Source: Microgenomates group bacterium GW2011_GWC1_46_15
GTDB taxonomy: Bacteria > Patescibacteriota > Microgenomatia > UBA1400 > UBA12028
Direction of reading: 5' to 3'
Length of the DNA stretch: 64,000 bases
NCBI GenBank assembly: GCA_001002285.1
Contig: LCLX01000003.1
Coordinates: 76,915 to 140,914, forward strand
Each line of letters opens with the position of its first letter. Within the stretch, counting starts at the first letter, position 1. The notes under the pieces are model-generated. The model made no database searches, was not told where the DNA came from, and saw only the letters and a list, made by a program, of their open reading frames with translations. Below, piece by piece: positions 9,962-19,897 of this stretch. The position numbers and the translations under genes were made by a program.

Positions 9962-10012
9962 CTCTAGGCCTAGAATAATTGGGGCCTCTCTTTTTCGTGA
10001 TAGAATCACACC

Positions 10013-10888
10013 ATGCAAAAACCATTTTTCTCTGTCATCATTCCAACGTTAGACGAAGAAAAATACCTTCCTAGTCTTCTTCACGATCTTCACAAACAAA
10101 CATTTCACGAATATGAAATCATCATTGTCGATGGAAAATCAAAAGATCGTACACAGGAAATTGTTCAATTATTCACACAAGAACACCCCCAGACCATGTT
10201 GCTTATTTCAAAAAAACGCAATGTAGGCATGCAACGCAATCTTGGGGCAAAATACGCAAAAGGATCCATGTTAGTTTTCCTAGACGCCGATACGCGCATC
10301 CCGCGCTATTTTCTTGAGGGAGTCCACTATCACCTCATGCGGCGCAATGTTGATGCATGGGCAACAGAGCCTCAGGCAGATACAAATGATGCAAAAGACA
10401 AGCTTTCCCTCCGATTTTATAACTCAATCAACGACGTTGCCCTGCTTATCAAGAAACCATTTGTTGTGGGAGCCTGTATAGGATGTAAAAAAAATGTTTT
10501 TGTAGCGCTTCATGGATTTGACGAGGCACTTGCTATCGGCGAAGACTGGGATTTTATACATCGACTTCTTGTTGCACCATATTCATTTACTATTTTTACT
10601 GATCCACATTTTGTACTTTCATTCCGAAGATTCCGAAAAGAGGGGATGTTCCATATGATCAATCACAACTTCATTTCAACGCTCCGCGCAGTATTAAATG
10701 AAAAAATAACAGGGCCGGTTGCCTCTTATCCCATGCTTGGAGGTTCATACTTTATGACACCAAAGAAAAAGAGTTCTTTTTCTCTATCAATGAAAAATTT
10801 CGTGACGATTTTTTCGAAGATGTCGAAACAACAAAAGAAAAATGTGCAAACTATTTTAACCCAACTCAAAACATACTTTCCAGAATAA
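10013..10888 (+). CDS. Family 2 glycosyltransferase
   Basis: FSVIIPTLDEEKYL N-terminal GT2 motif. DAD (FLDADT) and ED motifs present. Confidence 0.75.
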   Translation: MQKPFFSVIIPTLDEEKYLPSLLHDLHKQTFHEYEIIIVDGKSKDRTQEIVQLFTQEHPQTMLLISKKRNVGMQRNLGAKYAKGSMLVFLDADTRIPRYFLEGVHYHLMRRNVDAWATEPQADTNDAKDKLSLRFYNSINDVALLIKKPFVVGACIGCKKNVFVALHGFDEALAIGEDWDFIHRLLVAPYSFTIFTDPHFVLSFRRFRKEGMFHMINHNFISTLRAVLNEKITGPVASYPMLGGSYFMTPKKKSSFSLSMKNFVTIFSKMSKQQKKNVQTILTQLKTYFPE

Positions 10889-10899
10889 GTGGCCGCGTG

Positions 10900-12633
10900 T
10901 TATATCGCGCGTAGTTCTTTCACCGTCGTCGCTTGATCCGGTGTTTTGTCATCGCGGAATCGTTCGAGGCGTGGGAATCGCAGTGCTTTTTCTGCCGAGT
11001 GGGTTGGCGAGTTTGTAATTTCGTCTGCAGCAACTTCTACGACGAGCGATGGTTTCATCCACACATCGGGAATCAAGTTTTCGTGAACAAGATACTCTTT
11101 CGGCTGCGACTTGACCGCAAGTTTTTCTGCGCGGGTTTTGAGTTCTTTCCACTGATCATCGCTTAATCCTGTCCCAATTTTTGCAACCGTGCGGATCGTA
11201 TCGCTTTTTTCATCCCGTACGCCAACTAAAAATGCTCCAACACCAAACCCCGTGCGCTTTCCTTGCCCTTTGTAGTACCCCATCACGATACAATCTAACG
11301 TATCGGATAGCTTCCCAACCGCCCCCTCTTCTTCCTTAAACTTCACCCAACTCCACCCGCGGCGCCCCGGCTGATACTCACTGGCATACTGCTTTATAAC
11401 CGCACCTTCTAATCCGGTAGAAAGCTGTTTCGCATGGAACTCACGCAACTCTTTTGGAGAATCCGTAATAATATATGGCGCAAGCACAAACACACTTCCC
11501 CGTTTTATTGTTTGTTCAAGAATTTCTTTGCGCTCGTACAGCGGAATATGCAGCAAGTTTTTTCCGTTTTTATACAAAATATCAAACACAAAAAAGCGCA
11601 ATGGGACACGCGCCGCTGTTTCTTCAATATCATGTTTGCGTTTGCGTTGAATCGTTTGTTGGAACGGCAAAAGCTTGTCTGTTTCGGGATCGTACCCAAC
11701 CGCTTCCGAGTCCAAAATAATCTCATCCGCGTCAATGGCATCAAGCGCCCGATCTGTTGCTAACTCGGGAAACATCCCGCTTGATTCCTCGAGGTTGCGG
11801 GTGAATGTACGAATGTGCCATTCCTTGCCTGATTTCTGTATATGAATAGACACGCGCGTGCCGTCGTACTTGGGTTCAACATAGACTTTGCCCATTTTTT
11901 CAATCATTTCGTCAGCCGTGTGCAGCCGCTGGCAAAGCGCCGGCGCGATGGGAATGCCGAGTTCAATATCAAAAGAATCGAGCCCTTTTTCGCCCTCTGC
12001 CAAAAATACGCGTGCGAACTTACCGATATCCGCCTTCATCTGATACGCCAACTCCAACGGCTTGCGCAACGATTTATCGCCTGTTTTCGCCCACGACAAC
12101 GCGTCCAACAGCGTCATCTGCGAGAACCCAAGACGCAGTGTTCCCAAAAGGATGCGCACGGTGTATTTTGCCGTTAACCCAGAGCTCTTCCGCAAAATTT
12201 CTGCCATGTGCTGAAGTTTGCGCTCTTGGCTTCCCACACCCCCCTCTTTTGCCAAAGCGAGAAGCGCGTTAAACACTTCTAGAATAGAACGTGTGTCTTC
12301 TGCGTGGGTGTGCAAAAGGTGTTCCGCAACATCACCGAGATCGCCGCATGATTTAAACAGTGATAAAACGGATGAAAGACGCTCTTTATTATCGGCCTTC
12401 GTTGAAGCCGTATCAACACACTCTGCCAACACACGCATCACCATTTTTTCCGCAAAGTTAAACTCGAGATTCACGTAGAGCGGGGCCAACCGCCCAAGCA
12501 ACAACCAACACGCGGGTTCAACATCATCGCGCTGAAGTGTGTTGAATAGATCTGCGAGAAGCGCGGTCATCTCCAACCGTGAAGATGTTTTTTCAATTGT
12601 GGAAAGGCGTGTACAAAAATCGTGGAACGTCAT
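10900..12633 (-). CDS. lig: ATP-dependent DNA ligase
   Basis: Adenylation motif I KYDGTR (EPKYDGTRVSIH) and an OB-fold region. Start set at internal MTFHDF to avoid a 158 bp overlap with the PIN gene. Confidence 0.85.
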   Translation of the reverse strand: MTFHDFCTRLSTIEKTSSRLEMTALLADLFNTLQRDDVEPACWLLLGRLAPLYVNLEFNFAEKMVMRVLAECVDTASTKADNKERLSSVLSLFKSCGDLGDVAEHLLHTHAEDTRSILEVFNALLALAKEGGVGSQERKLQHMAEILRKSSGLTAKYTVRILLGTLRLGFSQMTLLDALSWAKTGDKSLRKPLELAYQMKADIGKFARVFLAEGEKGLDSFDIELGIPIAPALCQRLHTADEMIEKMGKVYVEPKYDGTRVSIHIQKSGKEWHIRTFTRNLEESSGMFPELATDRALDAIDADEIILDSEAVGYDPETDKLLPFQQTIQRKRKHDIEETAARVPLRFFVFDILYKNGKNLLHIPLYERKEILEQTIKRGSVFVLAPYIITDSPKELREFHAKQLSTGLEGAVIKQYASEYQPGRRGWSWVKFKEEEGAVGKLSDTLDCIVMGYYKGQGKRTGFGVGAFLVGVRDEKSDTIRTVAKIGTGLSDDQWKELKTRAEKLAVKSQPKEYLVHENLIPDVWMKPSLVVEVAADEITNSPTHSAEKALRFPRLERFRDDKTPDQATTVKELRAI

Positions 12634-12640
12634 GGGGACA

Positions 12641-13039
12641 TTATAGAGCAAGCGCTCTCCATACTGAACGAAGCTTGCGGTCTTGAGTAACAAGCGCCGC
12701 TTCTCTCTGTTGTAACGCCGCAACAAGTATTCTGGCATCCGAAAAACTGATGCTATGCTCAGCAAACACTTCGAGCGCCTGAGAAGCTTCTCCCGCATGT
12801 TCTATGTGAACATTTTTTATCGAAAATAGGGCGCGGAGAATCAAAATAATTTCTTGTTTTACTTTTTCATATCTCGACTTTAGTACCCAAACAAGTTCAA
12901 ACAACACAATTTCTGGAATAACGACCGTAATTTTCCCATTTTTTGCTTGTGACACAAGCGTAACAAACTCGGGGTTTTCTGTCCTATCAAGCATGGCATC
13001 AAGTACTGCGCTGGTGTCTACGACGACGACATTCATCAT
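12641..13039 (-). CDS. vapC: PIN-domain toxin (VapC-like)
   Basis: N-terminal VVDTSAVLD PIN motif. 132 aa. Immediately downstream of a small AbrB-type gene. Confidence 0.7.
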   Translation of the reverse strand: MMNVVVVDTSAVLDAMLDRTENPEFVTLVSQAKNGKITVVIPEIVLFELVWVLKSRYEKVKQEIILILRALFSIKNVHIEHAGEASQALEVFAEHSISFSDARILVAALQQREAALVTQDRKLRSVWRALAL

Positions 13040-13044
13040 GTGTG

Positions 13045-13305
13045 TTATTTCTTTATGTTTGAAAATTTTGCTTGCATGACTCCATCAAGTGTTTTATGAA
13101 TCAGTGCTTTTGTTGGAACATTGCTTGATTCATGGATTGTTCCAAAAAAATCTTCAATGTTTGATTGAATGGCCGGACGAAGCGTCATCGTGTCTTTGTG
13201 GAATGACAGATGCAACCGTACTCCCTTTTCAAGATTCAACGCTTGGCGGATTTCTGAGGGAATAGTAAACTGTCCTTTTGATGAAATGGGAACAATGAAC
13301 GTCAT
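13045..13305 (-). CDS. vapB: AbrB/SpoVT-type antitoxin (VapB-like)
   Basis: KGQFTIPSEIRQALNL swapped-hairpin motif. 5 bp upstream of the PIN gene. Confidence 0.6.
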   Translation of the reverse strand: MTFIVPISSKGQFTIPSEIRQALNLEKGVRLHLSFHKDTMTLRPAIQSNIEDFFGTIHESSNVPTKALIHKTLDGVMQAKFSNIKK

Positions 13306-13388
13306 GGATCGTATCCTACCGTACTTTCTTACCATTGTCAATATTCCTTACGTTTGTATGATTGTCTTACGCATAGTGCGCTTAACAT

Positions 13389-14513
13389 TTATTCGTTCAG
13401 TATGTACCGCACGCCCTTTGTGACGCCATGCTTGCGGATAATACCCTTCGTGATGAGGTCTTTCACATCGCGCAAAATGGTGTCTGTAGAAATGAGCGGT
13501 AGAGCCTCGTTAGCTTCAGCACTCGTGAGCTCCCCTTTTTGCTGAAGAATTTCTAATAAAATAATTTGACGTTCCGAAAGCGCCACCTGTTTCCCTAACT
13601 TCGACTTCAACTTAATATCCTGCGAAAGTTTTAACACTTGTTGTTTGATGCGGTCCAACTCAACTGCCAAACCGTAGCTAAAGTATTCCAACCAATATGT
13701 TACGTCCTGGTTCTCGCTTTTTTGCACCGAAAGAATTGCGTTGTAGTACCCCTCAATATCCGCATCAAAGTACTCTTCTAGGCTGAAAAATCGCTTGACA
13801 TTGTATCCTTCCGAGTACAGTACAAACATCGCCATCGCACGCGCGGTACGCCCATTTCCCTCGATAAACGGATGGATGCGGACAAGTTCGTAATGCACAA
13901 TACCCGCCCGCAGAACTGGATGAATATCCTGTGCTTCTTGAGAGTTTAGCCACTCAAAAAACTCTTCAATGAACTGTGGGACATCAACGGAAAGCGGTGG
14001 CCTGTATACAACTTCGCCGCTGTCTACACTCCGCACCACAACCTGTTTTGTGCGGTATACGCCAACATTTTCGTCTGGAATGACACGGGAAACGACGAGT
14101 GAATGCAACGCCCGAAGCATATCTTCGGTGTACTCGGGGTGTTTCACTATTTCTTTCCCACGCTCTTTTTTATCTTCCGACATTCCAAGATCCTGCGCGT
14201 CAATCCACTCGAGGACCGCGCGGTAGTTTAAAACCTCTTGAACGTCACGCTCTTTCGCAAACACGCCGGCCTGTTCTGCCGCCTGCTCCGGATCATCACC
14301 TTTTATTTGAACGATTTTCTCCGTTTGTTCTTTTGTGAGCTCATTTCCCTCAAGATGTGTGCCGTGGTGAATAGATCGCACAAGCGCTTCTTGGCGGAAT
14401 TTGGCCTCCCAAGACGGCACGAGCGGTGCGTTATCAATGACTTCTTTGCACGCCTCAATCCGCGAGATGTACTTGAGGAGATTGTTGGAGATGCGGAATG
14501 TTGGTGTGTACAT
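13389..14513 (-). CDS. fic: Fic-family AMPylator
   Basis: Canonical Fic motif HPFIEGNGRTARA. N-terminal Fic_N-like inhibitory segment (GTHLEGNELT). C-terminal wHTH-like tail. Confidence 0.85.
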   Translation of the reverse strand: MYTPTFRISNNLLKYISRIEACKEVIDNAPLVPSWEAKFRQEALVRSIHHGTHLEGNELTKEQTEKIVQIKGDDPEQAAEQAGVFAKERDVQEVLNYRAVLEWIDAQDLGMSEDKKERGKEIVKHPEYTEDMLRALHSLVVSRVIPDENVGVYRTKQVVVRSVDSGEVVYRPPLSVDVPQFIEEFFEWLNSQEAQDIHPVLRAGIVHYELVRIHPFIEGNGRTARAMAMFVLYSEGYNVKRFFSLEEYFDADIEGYYNAILSVQKSENQDVTYWLEYFSYGLAVELDRIKQQVLKLSQDIKLKSKLGKQVALSERQIILLEILQQKGELTSAEANEALPLISTDTILRDVKDLITKGIIRKHGVTKGVRYILNE

Positions 14514-14589
14514 ATGCGCGCGACACTTTCAGCTACTCGGCAGATCATATGAAAATCGAAGGCAATTGTTGCAGATTCTGCGGGGAAAG

Positions 14590-14613
14590 TAAAGGGAGGA
14601 GAGATCGGGACGT
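14590..14613 (+). promoter_or_regulatory. Related motif AAAGGGAGGAGAGATCGGGACGTA in the fic / RHH-vapC divergent intergenic region
   Basis: Shares the AAAGGG...AGATCGGGAC core with 19311-19335 and 19421-19437. Confidence 0.4.
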
Positions 14614-14698
14614 ACAGCATATCCATTTTGCATATTGATTTTCTCCGCATTTTTGATATACACATATATACATATGTTAAATAAGCGCACAAATATTA

Positions 14699-14913
14699 TG
14701 TTTGATGAAAACGTCTGGAATACCCTAGCGTTATACGCAAAGAAAAAGAAGACTACTGTCGGAGTTCTTGTGCGAGATGCTGTAGAAAAAACATACAGTG
14801 TTTCCGATAAACAAAAGCGTATGATGCGGGCACACCGAAATATTGTAAAGCTCCGTACCGTAGGTAAATCCCTCGACTACAAAGCACTCATCGAAGAGGG
14901 GAGAAAATGGTAA
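14699..14913 (+). CDS. Ribbon-helix-helix antitoxin (putative)
   Basis: 71 aa. A 7 bp overlap with the downstream PIN gene gives a classic TA arrangement. The listed ORF begins at a TTG at 14635; the ATG at 14699 is preferred. Confidence 0.5.
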
Positions 14914-15299
14914 ACATCGTTATTGACGCTTCTTTTCTTCTCGCTTATCTCCTCCCAGATGAAAAATATCCTGAAGCTGATAAAGCAATACTTTCGCACA
15001 TTGCCGAAGAAGTTCATTGCATTGCTCCGTCGTTGTTGAAGTTTGAGGTTGCGAACGCATTATACGTAGCGGTTCTCAGAAAACGCATATCTCCTCCATT
15101 GGCGCAAAAACTTATAAAACATATGCTTGATTTATGTATCGAAGAATACCCTATTCAATTTCTTGACGCACTCCAGGTTTCTTTCAAACATCATCTTAGC
15201 GTGTATGACGCGTCATACCTTGTGCTTGCACGGAAACATCGCACCACACTGCTGACGATGGATAAAGAGTTGAAAAAAGTATCTCAAGAAAAACTGTGA
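14907..15299 (+). CDS. vapC: PIN-domain toxin (VapC-like)
   Basis: IVIDASFLLAYLLPDE PIN motif. 130 aa. Confidence 0.7.
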   Translation: MVNIVIDASFLLAYLLPDEKYPEADKAILSHIAEEVHCIAPSLLKFEVANALYVAVLRKRISPPLAQKLIKHMLDLCIEEYPIQFLDALQVSFKHHLSVYDASYLVLARKHRTTLLTMDKELKKVSQEKL

Positions 15300-15300
15300 A

Positions 15301-15597
15301 TCATTGAAACGGCGCACTGCTAGAACTTGGAAGTCTTGCAATGATTTGCTGTATTTTCTGTTCTTTTTCTTTCTTTTCTTTAAGAAGTTCTGCTTGTTCA
15401 TCAAGAAGGTTTTGAGATTTGTTGGCTGTTAGTTCTGTAATAAGTTGGTTTAATCTTAAATTTATCTCTTCCATTCGCGCGGAAAGTTCTTGCAGTCGCG
15501 CCTTATCTATTTTGTGTTCTTGTAATTTTCGTGCCAATCCGCCAAGACCAACATGCTGCGATTGCTCACCTTGTCTAACATCTCTTCCAAGTGCCAT
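15301..15597 (-). CDS. Hypothetical coiled-coil protein
   Basis: Lys/Glu/Gln-rich heptad-like sequence. No recognised motif. Confidence 0.3.
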   Translation of the reverse strand: MALGRDVRQGEQSQHVGLGGLARKLQEHKIDKARLQELSARMEEINLRLNQLITELTANKSQNLLDEQAELLKEKKEKEQKIQQIIARLPSSSSAPFQ

Positions 15598-15647
15598 GGT
15601 TTTCCCCTTCGTATATACTGAGTATTGAAATACGTTTATCACAATCT

Positions 15648-16499
15648 ATGCCTGCCAAAACATCTTTTGATCAGCTTGTCGCCACCGCTAAAGACATTCG
15701 TAAAGATATTATTGAAATGTTATTTACTGCCGGCTCTGGCCACTCCGCTGGATCACTTGGAATGGCCGATGTATTTACAGCACTCTACTTTTCTGTGTTG
15801 AGTCACCAGCCAGACAACCCCTGGTGGGAAGACCGTGACCGCCTTCTTGTTTCCAACGGCCACATTTGCCCCGTGTGGTATGCCACGCTTGCGCGCGCGA
15901 GCTACTTTGCGCACGAAGAACTTTTTACACTCCGTAAGTTTGGGTCACGCCTGCAGGGCCACCCGGTCATGCACGAACTTCCGGGAATAGAAAACACTTC
16001 GGGTTCGCTGGGACAAGGAATTTCGCAAGCGGTTGGCGTTGCATTGGCCGCGAAACTTCAGCATAAAACATATCACACGTTTTGCATCATGGGCGACGGC
16101 GAACAGGATGAGGGTGAAGTGTGGGAGGCGTACTCGTTTGCCGCAGCGCACACATTAACAAACCTCACGGTCATCATGGACCGTAACATGATCCAAAGCG
16201 AGGGATATACCGAACACATTCTTCCACTCGAGCCATTGCGGTCGAAGTTGTACGCGTTTGGGTGGGACGTGATGGAAGTTGATGGACACGACATTCCCCA
16301 GCTTATTCATGTTTTGCGCGAGGCAAAAAGCGCGTACCTCCGCCCCACTGTTGTGATCGCGCACACCATTCCTGGAAAAGGCGTTGATTTTATGGAAGGA
16401 AAGTACGACTGGCACGCACAACCGCCACGGACCGTTGAAGAAGCACGAACCGCATTAAATGATCTGCAAACACTACAAGGAAAAATTGATCATGACTGA
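15648..16499 (+). CDS. tktA: Transketolase, N-terminal (TPP-binding) subunit
   Basis: GSGHSAGSLGMADVFTALYF and GDGEQDEGEVWEA TPP-binding motifs. Split two-gene transketolase arrangement. Confidence 0.85.
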   Translation: MPAKTSFDQLVATAKDIRKDIIEMLFTAGSGHSAGSLGMADVFTALYFSVLSHQPDNPWWEDRDRLLVSNGHICPVWYATLARASYFAHEELFTLRKFGSRLQGHPVMHELPGIENTSGSLGQGISQAVGVALAAKLQHKTYHTFCIMGDGEQDEGEVWEAYSFAAAHTLTNLTVIMDRNMIQSEGYTEHILPLEPLRSKLYAFGWDVMEVDGHDIPQLIHVLREAKSAYLRPTVVIAHTIPGKGVDFMEGKYDWHAQPPRTVEEARTALNDLQTLQGKIDHD

Positions 16500-17487
16500 C
16501 ACACACAGCCCAATGCTATCATCGCAAACAGTAAAAAAAGCGACGCGCGACGGGTTCGGCGAAACACTTGTGGAACTGGCAAAAAACGATACAAAAATTG
16601 TCGCGCTCACCGCTGATTTAACAAGTTCGGTCCGTATGCAGGCGTTTGCGGAAACATTTCCCGACCGGTTTTTTACTGTTGGCATCGCGGAACAAAACAT
16701 GATCGGGATTGCCGCCGGTCTCGCGATGTCCGGGTTTACGCCATTTGCCGCAACGTACGGCGTGTTCATGGGACGCGCGTGGGATCAAATCCGCGTGTCA
16801 GTGTGTCTGAATAATCTCAACGTCAAACTCATTGGAACACACGCAGGCGTTTCTGTTGGCGCGGACGGCGGGACCGCGCAAGCGCTTGAGGATATCGCGA
16901 TGCTCCGCGCGCTTCCCAACCTCACAATCATATGTCCCGCAGACTATGAGGAAACAAAAAAAGCAGTACGGGCGGCGGCGCAGATGCGCGGGCCTGTGTA
17001 CATCCGATTGTCGCGTGAAGAGTCCCCAATTCTTACGCAATCGCATATGCCGTTTGAGATTGGAAAAGCGCAGATTTTACGCCAGGGCCAAGATGTAACC
17101 ATTATTGGGTGCGGGCCACTCTTAGATGAAGCGTTACGGGCTGCGGCATTTTTAGAAAAAGAAGGTATTTCTGCTGAAGTCATCAACTGCCACACGATAA
17201 AACCGATTGATCGGGATACGTTGGTAGCGTCTGCGCGCAAAACACGGTGCGTTGTTACTGTTGAAAATCACCAAATCCGTGGCGGGCTCGGCGGAGCGGT
17301 TGCGGAAACGCTTGCGCAACGCTTTCCCGTTCCCATAGAAATGATTGGTGTACACGATAGTTTTGGCCAGTCAGGAACCGCCGAAGAGTTGCTTCAAGCC
17401 TACGAGTTAACCGCGCCGTTTATTGTGAAAGCCGTCGAATACGTGATGAAAAGAAAACACTCTTCATTGTTTCCGGCAGTTGATTAA
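16459..17487 (+). CDS. tktB: Transketolase, C-terminal (pyrimidine-binding) subunit
   Basis: Transketolase Pyr and C-terminal domains (FFTVGIAEQNMIGIAAGLA). Short overlap with the upstream subunit. Confidence 0.85.
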   Translation: MICKHYKEKLIMTDTHSPMLSSQTVKKATRDGFGETLVELAKNDTKIVALTADLTSSVRMQAFAETFPDRFFTVGIAEQNMIGIAAGLAMSGFTPFAATYGVFMGRAWDQIRVSVCLNNLNVKLIGTHAGVSVGADGGTAQALEDIAMLRALPNLTIICPADYEETKKAVRAAAQMRGPVYIRLSREESPILTQSHMPFEIGKAQILRQGQDVTIIGCGPLLDEALRAAAFLEKEGISAEVINCHTIKPIDRDTLVASARKTRCVVTVENHQIRGGLGGAVAETLAQRFPVPIEMIGVHDSFGQSGTAEELLQAYELTAPFIVKAVEYVMKRKHSSLFPAVD

Positions 17488-18253
17488 CCAAATCGCTGGA
17501 GTTGAAAAAAGGGCCAACTTTTTTGTAAAGGTCATCTCCTGCTTTTTTATTCAAATAACTTCCAACAACCGCGCTGGGAAAAGCGTCGCTTGTGCAGTAC
17601 AACGCAGCAATCAAACCCGCCAACACATCGCCCGTTCCACCTTTTGTCATACCTTCGTTGCCTCCATCCACTTCCTCATACTGTTTCCCCATCGCAACCA
17701 CATCGTGCTGTCCCTTGAGAACAATACACACATCATGATGCTGACGGCTATCTTCACACACTTCTTGTGGGATTTTTGCTGATTTCCCAAACACTCGCTC
17801 ATACTCTTTATGGTGTGGTGTCACAATGATGTGTTCATTGAGCAGTGAAACATCAACCATCTGCAGGGCACCCGCATCAATAACCCATTTTTTCTGCTGA
17901 TATTTCTTCAATAATGTGTTGGTTAATTGAGCGGTTTCATCGTCGCGCGTCATGCCAGGACCGATCAACACACAGTTAGCTTCTTCAATATATGTTTCAA
18001 CTTTTCCGCGGGGAACAACGACGCCGTTCCAAAACTTTTTCTTTGCTTCTTTAAGGTTCGTATTATTCTCGGGCGTTGAGGAGTAAAATACCATGTCGAC
18101 AATTTTGGTCGCAATATCAAGGCTCCATGCACTTGCGGCATGGAATAAATCGCTCCCACCAATAATAAGCAACCGACCGTTTTCTCCCTTATGCAAGTTT
18201 TTTTGCGGTAAACGAATCTGTTTGAGGTATGTACTGATGTTCATTACGTTCAT
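17420..18253 (-). CDS. nnrD: ADP-dependent NAD(P)H-hydrate dehydratase (YjeF C-terminal domain)
   Basis: GGTGDVLAGLIAAL signature of the YjeF_C carbohydrate-kinase fold. Confidence 0.75.
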   Translation of the reverse strand: MNVMNISTYLKQIRLPQKNLHKGENGRLLIIGGSDLFHAASAWSLDIATKIVDMVFYSSTPENNTNLKEAKKKFWNGVVVPRGKVETYIEEANCVLIGPGMTRDDETAQLTNTLLKKYQQKKWVIDAGALQMVDVSLLNEHIIVTPHHKEYERVFGKSAKIPQEVCEDSRQHHDVCIVLKGQHDVVAMGKQYEEVDGGNEGMTKGGTGDVLAGLIAALYCTSDAFPSAVVGSYLNKKAGDDLYKKVGPFFNSSDLVNQLPETMKSVFFSSRIRRLSQ

Positions 18254-18272
18254 CTTCCATCTGTATTGTACG

Positions 18273-19298
18273 TTACACCATCACTACTTCACCACGGGCA
18301 CCGCGAGTTTCGGTCGCAGTCATGATGGTCTGTTGCTTCTTCACCACTTTTTCAACCATATTGCGATGGTCTTCATCTAGCTCGGAAAAAATATCATCAA
18401 GAAGTAAAATCGGGCGTTCTTGTAATACATACTCAACATAGTCCAGTTCCCCAATTTTGAGCCATAACACACCCATACGCTGTTCACCGCGCGAGCCGTA
18501 CGCCGAGATTTCTTTTTTCTGTCCGTTTTCCAGCGTTAAAAACCAGTCATCCTTGTGCGGACCAATGAGTGTGTGCCCCGCCGCGACTTCCTCTACCGCG
18601 TATTGATGAAGACGGTGTTCAGAAATTGTCGATGGATCGTATGTGATATGAAACTCCATGGGAAACTCAACACGCGCGTTTAAAAAATCACAAAACTTTT
18701 GGCGTTTATCCGTTAAGGTGTTCCCGTGCTTAATCAATAACTGATCCCAAAAGGTAAAAGTTGCGCGTGTAGTATTGCCTTCACGCAAAACATCAAGTAA
18801 AGCATTCCTCCGTTGAAGTGCTTTTTCATACGCATCACGCGCATCGCGATATTCTTGATCAATTTGCGTGAGAACAGTATCAAAAAACTTCCGCCGTAGG
18901 CTTGGGCTTCCAGAAATGAGATCGAGATCTTCTGGTCGAAACACCACCGTGACCAAGTGACCAACTAAGTCTTTTTTATGCTTCCCCGCTCCGTCGAGCA
19001 AGTACTTGCGTTTTTGCACTCGCTCGCCCTGTACCATTCCCGTGGTCAGCACAACTTCGAGCTCGATCTCGCTATCAATTTTCCCCTTAACCCGACCAAC
19101 CTCTTTTCCCCACTGCACCATTTCTTCAATTTTATCTGCACGAAAACTCTCACCCGTAGAAAGAAGTGCGATTGCCTCCAGTACGTTTGTTTTCCCTTTC
19201 GCGTTCTCACCGACTAACAGCGTTACCTTGGGAGAAAACGCAAACGTGTGTTTTGTATAGTTGCGGAAATGCTGAAGCGAAAGCGAGAGAAGATGCAT
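18273..19298 (-). CDS. recF: DNA replication and repair protein RecF
   Basis: N-terminal LSLQHFRNYT...LLVGENAKGKTNVLEAIALL Walker A. SMC-like ABC signature region. Start at MHLLSLSL. Confidence 0.85.
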   Translation of the reverse strand: MHLLSLSLQHFRNYTKHTFAFSPKVTLLVGENAKGKTNVLEAIALLSTGESFRADKIEEMVQWGKEVGRVKGKIDSEIELEVVLTTGMVQGERVQKRKYLLDGAGKHKKDLVGHLVTVVFRPEDLDLISGSPSLRRKFFDTVLTQIDQEYRDARDAYEKALQRRNALLDVLREGNTTRATFTFWDQLLIKHGNTLTDKRQKFCDFLNARVEFPMEFHITYDPSTISEHRLHQYAVEEVAAGHTLIGPHKDDWFLTLENGQKKEISAYGSRGEQRMGVLWLKIGELDYVEYVLQERPILLLDDIFSELDEDHRNMVEKVVKKQQTIMTATETRGARGEVVMV

Positions 19299-19310
19299 GG
19301 TGGTATTGTA

Positions 19311-19335
19311 GCGCAAAAGGGAAGATCGGGACTTA
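19311..19335 (+). promoter_or_regulatory. Related motif AAAAGGGAAGATCGGGACTTA upstream of recF (divergent region)
   Basis: Direct copy of the AGATCGGGACTTA core at 19425-19437. An inverted partner AGTCCCGA at 19470-19477 could pair with it into an 8 bp stem. Confidence 0.4.
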
Positions 19336-19573
19336 AAGGGAAAAAAGGCATTGGATTGATGCGTAAATCCTTTTAGTATCTTATAGGAATTATATATACG
19401 GGTTTTGTCTACACCCCCATGGCTAGATCGGGACTTAGCCAAGAGCTGTTTGTGCCTACCCAAGTGACGAGTCCCGAACTAAATATTTATCTATGCATCG
19501 GAGTAATTTGACATGGAAAAAGTGAGGAGTACAATCCAGTCTTAAGTCTTATTGAGAAAGAGGGGGGAGAAAT

Positions 19574-19825
19574 ATGATATGCGTTGATATCTCGAAACAC
19601 ACATATGCAGATCCGCATGAGCTTGCACAACTGCATAAAAAAGTAACGAGGCTTTTACCTGAAACAGCTTCCCTTTCAGATTTGGAAACGGCATTACTGG
19701 AATTGCGATATGAGGTGGCACATCAAGCAGGAAGGGGGGTGGAAGAACTTATTGTGTTTGCACCAAATGGAGCCTCTCTTGCATCGATTATATTGATAGG
19801 ACTTGCAGAACCCGCAACAACATAA
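19574..19825 (+). CDS. Hypothetical small protein (83 aa)
   Basis: Strong SD (GGGGGAG) 7 nt upstream of the ATG. Sits in an unusually gene-poor 0.9 kb region. No motif. Confidence 0.35.
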   Translation: MICVDISKHTYADPHELAQLHKKVTRLLPETASLSDLETALLELRYEVAHQAGRGVEELIVFAPNGASLASIILIGLAEPATT

Positions 19826-19897
19826 TATGAGGAGATAGATATACTCACTATCGATATACTCAGACATGAGGGTGCGGAGGAGGGGCCATATCAGGAA

